A DNA stretch of 64,000 nucleotides, from positions 10,398-74,397 of the forward strand of contig DASZIU010000062.1 in the NCBI GenBank assembly GCA_035948815.1, written 5' to 3'. The position numbers were made by a program, and so were the translations under genes. The DNA comes from Solirubrobacteraceae bacterium. GTDB lineage: Bacteria; Actinomycetota; Thermoleophilia; Solirubrobacterales; Solirubrobacteraceae. Numbering within the stretch: the stretch's first letter is position 1; every line of letters starts with the position of its first letter. The notes below the pieces were generated by a model. The model saw nothing but the letters and a program-made list of their open reading frames with translations, did not search any database and had not been told where the DNA came from. Of the stretch, positions 18,257-27,088 are shown one piece after another.

Positions 18257-19276
18257 CTATTTTTTGCGCGACGGAGCGCGGAGGTAGAACGTCCTGGCGC
18301 TGATGCCGGCGACGAGCGGGCCGGGGCGGACCTTCACGTAAGCCCGATAGCGGCCGGTTTTCTTGATCTTCGCGACCATGCTGAAGCGCGAGAACGTGCG
18401 CCCGCCGTGTTTGACCGCCGTTATGTAGCGGCTGACGAACCTGGTCGTCGCTTCGCTGTTGATCCCGGGCCTGACCGCCTGCTCGACCTGGAAGAAGACG
18501 GACGCGCCTTTGACCGCCGGGGTCACCGTTCCGTACATGCGCACGAGGCCGTTGTGTCCGCTCGAGCGCACGTGGAAGTCGACTTTGACCGCGACGTTCA
18601 ACCTCGTGATCGGGCTGAACAGCGGCAGGGGGTCGAGGGTGATCACGCGCAGCTCGGTGCTGGCGGTGAGGTGGGCGAGCCGGAAAGCGAAGCGGCCCAA
18701 GGCGTCGCTAGCTCCCGGCACGCCGATGTTCGTGAACGATTCGAGGAAGGGGAAGGGGCTCGCCTGCAGCGCGATCCGGTGGTTCGGGCTGCCGAACCCG
18801 GTGAGGTTGCCGCTGAAGATCGCGCTGGCGCCGTAGACGACCGTCTGCGCCTTGGGCACGACGAATTTGAGCTTGTGCCCTCGCGCGCCGAACGTGCGGT
18901 CCTTGCCGAGGGACGTCCCGACCGCGTTGCTCGCCACCAAGCGGTAGTGGTAGACGGATCCGGACTGCAGCCCCGAGAGGGCCTGTCCGACCCGCTGGTT
19001 CGTGGTGCTGCTCGGACCGATCGTCTGGGTCGGCGTCTGGGAGGTGTAGGCGGTCGTCAGGCCGTATTGGAAGTACCAGCTCGTTTCGCGGCCGTTGGGG
19101 TTGACAGCCCCGGTCAGCAGGGCCGTGTTGCCGAGGACGTGCTGGGCGGGTCCCGTCGTGGCGTGCGGAAGCCTCACCCGCGTCCGCGCCGGCGAGGCGA
19201 TCGGAGCCGCGAGCGACGCGAGGGCGAGCACCAAGACGCTCAGCATGATCCGTCGGGCCGGGCTGAAAGCTCTCAT
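18257..19276 (-). CDS. Secreted protein with fibronectin type III-like domain
   Basis: GGAGG RBS, signal peptide, LTGAVNPNG..WYFQYG..Y..LSGLQSGSVYHYRLVASN motif; very basic C-terminal half. Confidence 0.75.
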   Translation of the reverse strand: MRAFSPARRIMLSVLVLALASLAAPIASPARTRVRLPHATTGPAQHVLGNTALLTGAVNPNGRETSWYFQYGLTTAYTSQTPTQTIGPSSTTNQRVGQALSGLQSGSVYHYRLVASNAVGTSLGKDRTFGARGHKLKFVVPKAQTVVYGASAIFSGNLTGFGSPNHRIALQASPFPFLESFTNIGVPGASDALGRFAFRLAHLTASTELRVITLDPLPLFSPITRLNVAVKVDFHVRSSGHNGLVRMYGTVTPAVKGASVFFQVEQAVRPGINSEATTRFVSRYITAVKHGGRTFSRFSMVAKIKKTGRYRAYVKVRPGPLVAGISARTFYLRAPSRKK

Positions 19277-19432
19277 CGTCGAGTCCTCCGTGTCTCGCTG
19301 CTTCGGTGGCTGGCTGGTCGTTCGTGCCTCGGACGCGCGGGGGCGCGCCGTGCGTGCGGCGTCAGCCAATGTAACCCCAACGGCCGCCGATCGATGCGGT
19401 GAGAGCGCGCAGAGCGAGGCCGGAGCGGTCTC

Positions 19433-19487
19433 TTTCACCGGATGTTCACGTCCGCGAGCCGGCGTGCGCGGACGATGTTCGCCGAGG
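19433..19487 (+). promoter_or_regulatory. Putative PHO box (PhoP/OmpR-type 11-bp direct repeats)
   Basis: TTTCAC 19433, GTTCAC 19444, GTTCGC 19477, all in 11-bp register. Confidence 0.5.
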
Positions 19488-19560
19488 CCGCTCGCGCGCG
19501 CTCGCTGTGCCGTGCACACGGCCGACAGGCCCTCCGGGCAGCAAACAGAGTCAGGCAACG

Positions 19561-20406
19561 GTGTCAACCGAGTCGATCGTCAACCCAGCGCAGTCCCCGT
19601 CCCGCGGCGATCCGTGCCCTGACTGCGGGACCCCGATGGCGGCGGATCAGCGCTATTGCCTTGAGTGCGGCGCGCGCCGCGCGGGCATGAGCAGCGTGCT
19701 CCTCGGAGGGCCGCCGAAGGTGACCCCGGCGGCCGCTCCCGGCGCACCGCGCCCCCCAGCGGGGGGCGGAGGCTCCGCCCAGCGCACGAACACGCTCACG
19801 CTGCTCGCGGGCGTCGGGGTCTTGCTGCTCGCGATGGGCGTCGGAGTCCTCATCGGCCGCTCGGGATCCTCCAGGCCGACCCCGGCGCCCGCGCAGGTGA
19901 TCACCGTCGGCTCGGGCCAGGGCACCACCGCCGGCACGACCCCCGCCGCCGAATCGTTCCAGAGCGACTGGCCGGCGGGCCGGACGGGCTTCACCGTGAA
20001 GCTGCAGACCCTGCCTTCGACCGGCACCGTCGCGGCCGTGCAGGCGGCCAAGGCCGCCGCGAGCGCCAAAGGGGCGAAGAACGTCGGCGCGCTGAAGTCC
20101 GAAGAATTCTCGAGCCTCCCCCCGGGCAGCTACATCGTCTACTCGGGCGACTACCGCAAGAAGGCCGAAGCGCAGAAGGCGCTCGGCGCCCTCAGGCGGA
20201 GCTTTCCCGGAGCGTCGGTCATCGACGTCTCCAACCACGCCCCCGCGTCGGGCTCCGGGTCCGAATCGGTCAGCCCGACGCCCGGCGGGTCGGGCGGCAG
20301 CCTCAACAACCCCGCGCCGCCGAGCGTGCTCGAAAGCAAACCCAAAAAAGGCCAGAGCTTCGAGCAGAAATCGCGGAACCTGCCGAACGTGATCTCCACG
20401 GGCTAG
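19561..20406 (+). CDS. Zinc-ribbon + single TM + SPOR-like domain membrane protein
   Basis: CPDCG..DQRYCLECG, TM LLAGVGVLLLAMGVGVLI, WPAGRTGFTVKLQ..YIVYSGDY..AEAQ SPOR-like fold; start uncertain. Confidence 0.7.
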   Translation: MSTESIVNPAQSPSRGDPCPDCGTPMAADQRYCLECGARRAGMSSVLLGGPPKVTPAAAPGAPRPPAGGGGSAQRTNTLTLLAGVGVLLLAMGVGVLIGRSGSSRPTPAPAQVITVGSGQGTTAGTTPAAESFQSDWPAGRTGFTVKLQTLPSTGTVAAVQAAKAAASAKGAKNVGALKSEEFSSLPPGSYIVYSGDYRKKAEAQKALGALRRSFPGASVIDVSNHAPASGSGSESVSPTPGGSGGSLNNPAPPSVLESKPKKGQSFEQKSRNLPNVISTG

Positions 20407-20409
20407 CCG

Positions 20410-20889
20410 ATGAGCCTGCTCGGTGACGCCATGGGAAGATCCGCGCGGCGGCCCTCGCCGGCCCAGCGCGAGGCTGCCCCCTCCACCGGTCCTGCCGAGG
20501 ACGACGGCCGACCTCAGCTGCGCCGCCGGCGCGACGCGCTGGCGGCCGAGGTCACCGAGCTCCACTGGGATCTCGGCGGCCTCGCCTACGAGATGGCGAT
20601 TCGCGACCACTTCCGGCTCGACGTGCTCGTGCGCCGCGCCGCCGTGCTCCAGGAACGCGACGCTGAGTTGGCCGAGGTCGAGCGGTTGCTGGCGATGGAG
20701 GAGAGCGCCGTAGCCGGCCACTGTCCCGCCTGCGCGGCCCCGCACAGCCGCGGCGCGCTCTTCTGCTGGCAGTGTGGCGCGACGCTGATGGAGCGCTCCC
20801 CGAGCACCGCGGCGGAGGAGCAGGACGGGAGGATCGCCGCGATGGACGCGCTGCTCGCTCCCGAGTCCGCGCGCTCCCCGGATGGATAG
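20410..20889 (+). CDS. Coiled-coil + zinc-ribbon protein
   Basis: Helical region WDLGGLAYEM followed by CPACA..FCWQCG. Confidence 0.75.
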   Translation: MSLLGDAMGRSARRPSPAQREAAPSTGPAEDDGRPQLRRRRDALAAEVTELHWDLGGLAYEMAIRDHFRLDVLVRRAAVLQERDAELAEVERLLAMEESAVAGHCPACAAPHSRGALFCWQCGATLMERSPSTAAEEQDGRIAAMDALLAPESARSPDG

Positions 20890-20897
20890 AGGCGCGC

Positions 20898-22514
20898 GTG
20901 AGCGCCGATGACCCTGGCGGATGCCCCGCCTGCAAAGCCCCCGCGGCGAAGGACCAGCGCTACTGCCTGGAGTGCGGATCTCGCCTCGGGCCGCGAAGCC
21001 CGCAGCTGATCGCCCTGCTCGGGGGGGTCGAGGATCGAGCCGCGGATGAGCCGCCTGCGACGACGGAGACCGCGGGCACGCCGGTGGGGGAACGCGCCGG
21101 GGGCGTGAGCTTGCCCTCGCCACGGATCTCGGCGCTGCTCGTGCTCGCGTTCCTCGGGTTCGGGATCCTGTTCGGCGCCGCGGCCGGCTCGCCGGTGAAT
21201 GCGACGCTCGCCGCATCCTCGGCTCCCCGCATCAAGCTGGTGCTGCCGCCCGCGACGCCGGCCTCACCCGCGCCCTCCTCGCAGTCGTCTCCCTCGTCGC
21301 CGGCCGGGTCGAGCGAAGCGCCGGCCGCCGAAGAAACTCCCACTCCCGCTGCAGCCGCGGCTCCCGCGAGCGCCCCGAAGTCGCCGGCGGCGAGCACGCC
21401 GGCGTCGACGCCGCCCGCAGAAGCCGAATCTCACGGCGCGGCAGGCGGGTCCTCCGAATCGCACTCGAGGGCCGCCACGAAGCTGCCGCCCGTCAAGCAC
21501 GTGTTCGTGATCATGCTCTCCGATCAGCCGTACGCCGCCGCGTTCGGGCCCTCCTCGACCGCGCACTACCTCTCGCAGACGCTCGAGGCACGGGGCGAGC
21601 TGCTGGTGCGATACGACGCCGTCGCCCACGAGCAGCTCGCGAACGAGATCGCGCTGCTGAGCGGTCAGGGACCCACCGCGGAGACGGCGGCGAACTGCCC
21701 GACCTACGCCGATCTCGCGCCGGCGACCGTGGGTAGCGCGCAGCAGTTGACGGGTCACGGGTGCGTGTACCCGGCCGCGACCCAGACACTGCCCGGGCAG
21801 CTGTCCGCGAAGCACCTGAGCTGGCGGGCCTACGTCGAGGGGCTCGAAGCGGGAGGCCCGGCGGCGTGCGCCCATCCGGCGCTGGGAGGCCCCGACCCCA
21901 CGAGTGCCGCGCAGGCCGTCCCCGGATACGCGACCTTCCTGAACCCGTTCGTGTACTTCCATTCCGTGATCGACTCGGCGGCCTGCCGCACGAGCGACGT
22001 CGGCCTGTCGAGGCTCTCAGCCGATCTCGCCGGCACCCGGAAGGCGCCCACCTTCTCCTACATAGTTCCCGACCGCTGCCACGACGGCAGCGCGACTGCG
22101 TGCGCGCCTGGGATGCCCGCGGGCATGGCCGGCGCCGACGGCTTCCTGCAGGGCGTCGTCCCGAAGATCCTCGCCTCGAAGGCCTACAGCGACGGTGGCC
22201 TGCTGGTGATCACGGTCGACGAGGCTCCGTCCAGCGGCGAATTCGCAGACTCGAGCTCCTGTTGCGGGCAACCGCGCTTCCCGAACCTCCCGCCGAGCCC
22301 GCCGGGGCGCTCGCCGCGCGGCGGCGGAGCCGTCGGTGCGCTCCTGCTCTCGCCGTTCGTCAAGGGCGCGACGACGAGCCAGGAACCGTACAACCACTTC
22401 TCGCTGCTGCGAACGATCGAGGACCTCTTCGGCCTCGCGCACCTCGGCTATGCGGGCGCCTCCGGCGTGACGCCGTTCGAACCCGCCCTCTTCTCCGCGT
22501 ACACGCCGCACTGA
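20898..22514 (+). CDS. Zinc-ribbon + TM + phosphoesterase (acid phosphatase/PLC family) domain protein with substituted active site
   Basis: CPACK..DQRYCLECG, TM, P/S/A linker, VKHVFVIML, LSWRAY.E, NPFVYF, PDRCHDG, VITVDE, YNHFSLLRTIEDLFGL. Confidence 0.8.
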   Translation: MSADDPGGCPACKAPAAKDQRYCLECGSRLGPRSPQLIALLGGVEDRAADEPPATTETAGTPVGERAGGVSLPSPRISALLVLAFLGFGILFGAAAGSPVNATLAASSAPRIKLVLPPATPASPAPSSQSSPSSPAGSSEAPAAEETPTPAAAAAPASAPKSPAASTPASTPPAEAESHGAAGGSSESHSRAATKLPPVKHVFVIMLSDQPYAAAFGPSSTAHYLSQTLEARGELLVRYDAVAHEQLANEIALLSGQGPTAETAANCPTYADLAPATVGSAQQLTGHGCVYPAATQTLPGQLSAKHLSWRAYVEGLEAGGPAACAHPALGGPDPTSAAQAVPGYATFLNPFVYFHSVIDSAACRTSDVGLSRLSADLAGTRKAPTFSYIVPDRCHDGSATACAPGMPAGMAGADGFLQGVVPKILASKAYSDGGLLVITVDEAPSSGEFADSSSCCGQPRFPNLPPSPPGRSPRGGGAVGALLLSPFVKGATTSQEPYNHFSLLRTIEDLFGLAHLGYAGASGVTPFEPALFSAYTPH

Positions 22515-23305
22515 GCGCTCGTCGTGGCCGAGGCGGCCGCGAGCTGCTGGTAGGTGACCGCCGTGCGCCGGGTGCCGGCGCGGGCCAGCACCCACTCGAG
22601 CGCCATCATGTGCCGCGGGTGAGCCAGATCGGCGGGGTGAAGGTCCAGGCGCAGCACCCGCGCCGGCAGGAGCGATCCTGCGCGTACGAGCGGAGGTGAG
22701 ATCAGGCGGCTGCACGGCCCCGCGGCCGCGAGGCTCCAGGCGGGGGCCAGCGGCTCGCGCATCCCCTCGTCGAGCCGGCGGTCCGCGCTGTGTACCCGGA
22801 GCAGGCTCGCCCACCAGCGGAACTTGACGCCCAGGGCGTCGCGAAGCGCGCTCGTGTACGCGTAGGCGGGGGCGACGAAGCCGTCGGGCTCGATGCCCGC
22901 GAGCTTCAGCACGCGCCAGCCGGCGTTCAGAGCGCGACGGGTCTCCTCGCCGTCGAGCCCCACGAACTCGCCGCCGAGGAGCGCGCCCGGGTGGGCGAGC
23001 ATCCGGTGCCTCGGCGCCCGCCGCGCGGCGACGTGCTGGAAGCCGTGCTGGGCGATCGAGTCGCCGAGCTCGCGTCGCTCGCTCAGCCAACTGACCATCT
23101 CGGGTGAGCGCTCGCCGACGGGATGCAGGTCGCGAGCGGGAATCACGAGCAGCGTCACGCGGTCCACGCCGTGGTCGTCGAGCCAGTCGCGGATCAGCGC
23201 GCAGCGCTCGAAGGTGGCGGGCTCGATCCCGTGCAGGGCGATGGCGATCGACCGGTCCCGAGAGCGGGTGTCACCGTGATGGAACACCTCACGCGGCTCG
23301 GTCAC
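22448..23305 (-). CDS. DUF2334 / polysaccharide deacetylase-like protein
   Basis: LLVIP, QHGFQH, GEF, GFVAPAY, LRLDLHPAD; GTG 23305 overlaps the end of the upstream GT gene. Confidence 0.75.
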   Translation of the reverse strand: MTEPREVFHHGDTRSRDRSIAIALHGIEPATFERCALIRDWLDDHGVDRVTLLVIPARDLHPVGERSPEMVSWLSERRELGDSIAQHGFQHVAARRAPRHRMLAHPGALLGGEFVGLDGEETRRALNAGWRVLKLAGIEPDGFVAPAYAYTSALRDALGVKFRWWASLLRVHSADRRLDEGMREPLAPAWSLAAAGPCSRLISPPLVRAGSLLPARVLRLDLHPADLAHPRHMMALEWVLARAGTRRTAVTYQQLAAASATTSAQCGVYAEKRAGSNGVTPEAPA

Positions 23306-25664
23306 CGGCGGGAGCTTCGCGCTCCTCGCGGGCGTGGTGGTCGGCCAGCGCCTGGCCGTAGCCGTCGGCGAGGAACTGCAGCGTCCGCTGCCATGTCCGG
23401 CCCCGCGCCGCGCGCAGGCCACCGTGTGAGAGGTGCTCGCAGAGCAGAGGGGAGCGAGCGAGCTCGAGAACCGCATCGGCGAGGGCGGGCGCGTCCGCGT
23501 CTCGCAGCAGGCCGCTGACCCGGTCCTCGATCAGCGACACGGGGCCGCCGGCGGCGACGGCGATAACCGGCAACCCGCTGGCCTGCGCCTCGAGGATGAC
23601 CTGTCCGAACGTGTCGGTGGCGCTCGGGAAGAGGAACATGTCGGCGCTCGCGTAGGCTCGCGCCAGCTCCGCGCCCTCGAGCCACCCGAGGAACGTCGTC
23701 GCCTCGCCGAGGCGCTCGTGCAGGCGGGCCTCCTCAGGCCCGCCACCGGCGAGCACGAGCCTCAGGCCGGGCTCGCTCCTGCGGGCCAGCTCGAACGCCT
23801 CGGCCAGCAGCTCGACGCCCTTCTCGCTCGTGATGCGCCCGCTGTAGAGGACGTTGATGGGACCTGGCAGCAGGGTCGGATCGCGCAGTGCCGGGTCAAA
23901 GCGCGAGGTGTCCACGCCGCGGTCCCAGCGGCGCACGCGCGTTGCGGGGACGCCGATCGCCGCCAGCGCGTCGTCGGCGGCGGGGCTGGGGGAGAGCACC
24001 AGATCGCATGCGCCGTAGAGCGCGCTCACGGCCATCGCCATCGCGCCGGCCACCCTCGGGTCCCCGGAGCGCTGCTCGGCGTAGGCGGTGAGCTCGGTGT
24101 GGTAGCTGCCGACGAGCGGCAGCCCGAGCGCCCGTCCGACGAGGGCACCGGCGGCCCCCGCCGGTCCGGGCGAGCAGACGTGGACGGCATCGAAGCCGCC
24201 ATCCGCCAGCGTCTCGACGGCTACCGGCAGGCCGGGAATGCCGATCCGCATCCCCGGGTAGAAGGGCACCTCGATCTCCGCCACCGCCGAGAGACGGCGG
24301 TCGACGTGGGGATCGGTCCCGAGCACCTCGATCTCGAAGCCGGGCACGCCGCGCTGGCGTATCTCCTCGATCGTCCTCGCGACACCATGCGTCGCGCCGA
24401 TGCCGTCGGCGAGGATGGCCACGCGTGGACGCTCGCCGTCGTCGCGCTGAGCAGAGTCCGCGGAGCGACCGAGCGCGCGCGCGTAGGGCATCGCGGCGAG
24501 CTTTGCCTGCTCGTTGGCGAGGAAGGCTCTTGCCGGTGCGTACGGGATCACCGCGATGCAGGCCTCGAACAGCCCTTCGGCGGCGACCGCCAGCTCGGCC
24601 TGTCCGGTGGCGGCGCCGACCGCGACGTCGACGGCCGTACGCAGCTTGCGCTCGTGTGCGCGGCAGGCCCGTCGGTAGAGGTCGGAGTGGCTGAAGCCCT
24701 CTTCCTGCATGTGGGCGATCAGCTCGCCCCCATCGCGCTGATCGAGCCCGAGCGAGCCGAGCCAGGCTCGCAGCAGGCAGCGGGCGTCCTCGGGCGACAG
24801 ATCGCTGCCGACGGCGCCGTGCCTCGCGTCGGCCTCCTGCAGGAGACGGCGCGCCATCGTCATCACCCGCTCGGGGCTCGGACGCGTCTCCTCTTCGCCG
24901 GCCCCGGCGGGTCCGAGCGCGCGGGCGGCGAGCGCGATCGCGGCGTGCGCCCACTTGGCGGCGCTGCCCTGCGCGCCGCGCGCGAGGACGCCCCCGGAGC
25001 GGACGTGAGCCAGGAACTCGTCCGGCGTCTTGGAGGCCGGGGCTTCCGTGTAGGTGCGCCCGATGTCAACCCCGGCGTGATCGTCGCTGCCTGCGATTCC
25101 GATGCCGTCGCGCGTGGCGACGTAGGTGGCCGCCGGCCGGTTCAGCTCGCGCGCGCGAGCGCCGTTGCGGATCTCCCAGACGGCGAACAGCTCCGCGAGC
25201 CGGCGTCGGTGGCGCCGCGTCAGGGGCGCGGCGACCGTGTAGTAGGGGTGTGCCAGCGCGCATGTGATCTCCCTCTCGTACATGTAGGCGGCACACAACT
25301 CGACGTCGCCGGCGTGCACCTGGAGCCACTCGTGGTCCTCGGGCGTGATCCCGTAGCAGAGGACGTGCACCGCCTGGGGCTCGCCGCGGAAGCGAGCCGT
25401 GAGCTCTACCGAGACGAACACGTCCGGCCGGTCGGCGATCTCGAGGGCGCCGTCGATCGTGTCGTGGTCGGTGATCGTCACGAAGTCCATTCCGCGCCGC
25501 TTGGCCAGCTCGTAGACCTCCTCGGGCGGCGTCGCGCACTCGGGCAGCCCGAGCGCCCGCTGCACGCCCAGGCGCGAGTGCTGCGACGCCGTCGAGTGGC
25601 AGTGCATGTCAACGCGCGTGACATCCGCTCTCAGCGCATCCGCAGTCGTTCCCTGACCGATCAT
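23289..25664 (-). CDS. PHP-domain / GT4 glycosyltransferase fusion
   Basis: PHP: DMHCHS, ITDHD, AHP, GSDDH; GT4: HVCSPGP, GSYHT, RGVD, GRITSEKG, DTFGQVILEAQASGLPV. Confidence 0.9.
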   Translation of the reverse strand: MIGQGTTADALRADVTRVDMHCHSTASQHSRLGVQRALGLPECATPPEEVYELAKRRGMDFVTITDHDTIDGALEIADRPDVFVSVELTARFRGEPQAVHVLCYGITPEDHEWLQVHAGDVELCAAYMYEREITCALAHPYYTVAAPLTRRHRRRLAELFAVWEIRNGARARELNRPAATYVATRDGIGIAGSDDHAGVDIGRTYTEAPASKTPDEFLAHVRSGGVLARGAQGSAAKWAHAAIALAARALGPAGAGEEETRPSPERVMTMARRLLQEADARHGAVGSDLSPEDARCLLRAWLGSLGLDQRDGGELIAHMQEEGFSHSDLYRRACRAHERKLRTAVDVAVGAATGQAELAVAAEGLFEACIAVIPYAPARAFLANEQAKLAAMPYARALGRSADSAQRDDGERPRVAILADGIGATHGVARTIEEIRQRGVPGFEIEVLGTDPHVDRRLSAVAEIEVPFYPGMRIGIPGLPVAVETLADGGFDAVHVCSPGPAGAAGALVGRALGLPLVGSYHTELTAYAEQRSGDPRVAGAMAMAVSALYGACDLVLSPSPAADDALAAIGVPATRVRRWDRGVDTSRFDPALRDPTLLPGPINVLYSGRITSEKGVELLAEAFELARRSEPGLRLVLAGGGPEEARLHERLGEATTFLGWLEGAELARAYASADMFLFPSATDTFGQVILEAQASGLPVIAVAAGGPVSLIEDRVSGLLRDADAPALADAVLELARSPLLCEHLSHGGLRAARGRTWQRTLQFLADGYGQALADHHAREEREAPAGDRAA

Positions 25665-25696
25665 CTCAACGGACACGATTCTCCGCAAAGTGCGGC

Positions 25697-25740
25697 TTTT
25701 TGTGACCAAGCGGGAACGATCGTGTGAACGAGGCGTGAAC
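25697..25740 (-). promoter_or_regulatory. Putative PHO box array upstream of PHP-GT4
   Basis: Minus strand GTTCACGCCTC GTTCACACGAT cGTTCCCGCTT GGTCACAAAAA; 11-bp register, resembles the Streptomyces PhoP consensus G(G/T)TCAY. Confidence 0.65.
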
Positions 25741-25772
25741 CCGAGGGGCCGTTCGCCCGGCTCGAACTGTTC

Positions 25773-26999
25773 TCAATGCGGGATCGAGGCTCCGAGCAAG
25801 GCGGCGAGCGTGCCGACCGCGCCCGCGGCCAGCAGTGTCTGCACGACCCCGCGACGGAGCACGAGCAGGGCGAAGGCCGCCCCGGCCAGCAGCGCATACT
25901 GCCATGGCTGCGACAGAGCAGAGGCAAGCGGTACCGCCGAGCCGATTATCGCGCCCGCCGCGGCGGGCGAGGCGCCGGCGAGGAACGCGCTCACGCGCTG
26001 ATCGGCTAGCAGTCGCTGGAAGCGCGCGGCGCCCAGCAGCACGAAGGAGAAGGAGGGAGCGAAGGCCACCGCCGCCGCCAGCAGCCCATCGGGAACGCCT
26101 CCCGCGGCGTAGCCGACCGCGGCGACCGTCTGCAGGACGGGGCCCGGCGTGACCTGGCCGAGGGCGACGGCGTTCAGGAACTGCCCGTGTGTCATCCAGT
26201 GGTACGTGTTGACGGCGTCCGCCTGCATCAGCGGAACGATCACGAAGCCCCCGCCGAACGAGAGCGCACCGACCTTCAACGCCGTCCACGCGAGAGCCCC
26301 GACGCCTCCCTCGTGGATCCCGGCGGCGAGGAGCGGGCCGCGAGCCAGAGCGGTCGCCAGGCCGCCGAGCCGGCGGTGAGCGAGGGCAGGGATGCCCGCC
26401 GGTGAGAGCAGCCGCAGGCGTGCGGCTCCTCCCACCAGAGGCGTGCGTGCCAGCTCGAGCGCGCCGCACCCCACGAGCACGAGCACGAGCCACGCGCCCG
26501 TGACGGCCGCCACGACCCCGCCGGCTGCCCCGTACGCGAGCACGCGCGCGCGACGGCCGCCCGCTCGCGACCAGATCGGCCTGGCGACGCCCAGCCCCGC
26601 GCGGACGGCGACGGCGGCGACGGCCGCACCCGCACCCAGGCCGGCGCCGCGCACCCAGGTGGGCGCCGATCGCGAGAGGAACAGGGCCGAGAGCACGAGG
26701 ATCAGGACCAGGCCGGGCGCGATGAAGCAGATGCCGCCGACGAGCGCGCCCCGCGGCCCACGCAGCCGCCACGCGCAGTAGATCGCCAGCTGGGTCGAGG
26801 CGGGGCCGGGAAGCAGGTTGACCGCTGCCAGCGCGCGCTCGAAGTCGGCGTCCGTCAACCAGCCCCGCCGCTCGACGCACAGCTCGTGAAACAGCGCGAT
26901 GTGCGCCGGAGGCCCGCCGAAGCCGACGCTTCCGATTCGTCCCCACTGCCGCATGACCTCTGTCAGCGACGGCTCGGCGGCGGGCTCGCCCGTGCGCAT
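25773..26999 (-). CDS. chrA: Chromate ion transporter (CHR family, long bidomain form)
   Basis: GFGGPPAHI, LPGPASTQ, SFGGGFV, GQVTPGP. Confidence 0.9.
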   Translation of the reverse strand: MRTGEPAAEPSLTEVMRQWGRIGSVGFGGPPAHIALFHELCVERRGWLTDADFERALAAVNLLPGPASTQLAIYCAWRLRGPRGALVGGICFIAPGLVLILVLSALFLSRSAPTWVRGAGLGAGAAVAAVAVRAGLGVARPIWSRAGGRRARVLAYGAAGGVVAAVTGAWLVLVLVGCGALELARTPLVGGAARLRLLSPAGIPALAHRRLGGLATALARGPLLAAGIHEGGVGALAWTALKVGALSFGGGFVIVPLMQADAVNTYHWMTHGQFLNAVALGQVTPGPVLQTVAAVGYAAGGVPDGLLAAAVAFAPSFSFVLLGAARFQRLLADQRVSAFLAGASPAAAGAIIGSAVPLASALSQPWQYALLAGAAFALLVLRRGVVQTLLAAGAVGTLAALLGASIPH

Positions 27000-27088
27000 C
27001 GGCCGAGCGTATTGGCTCGACCCGCGTGCCGGTTGGAGGCGCCGCGGCCGGCGCACGCGGTCCGGATCGATCCATAAGCTACCCCGCC

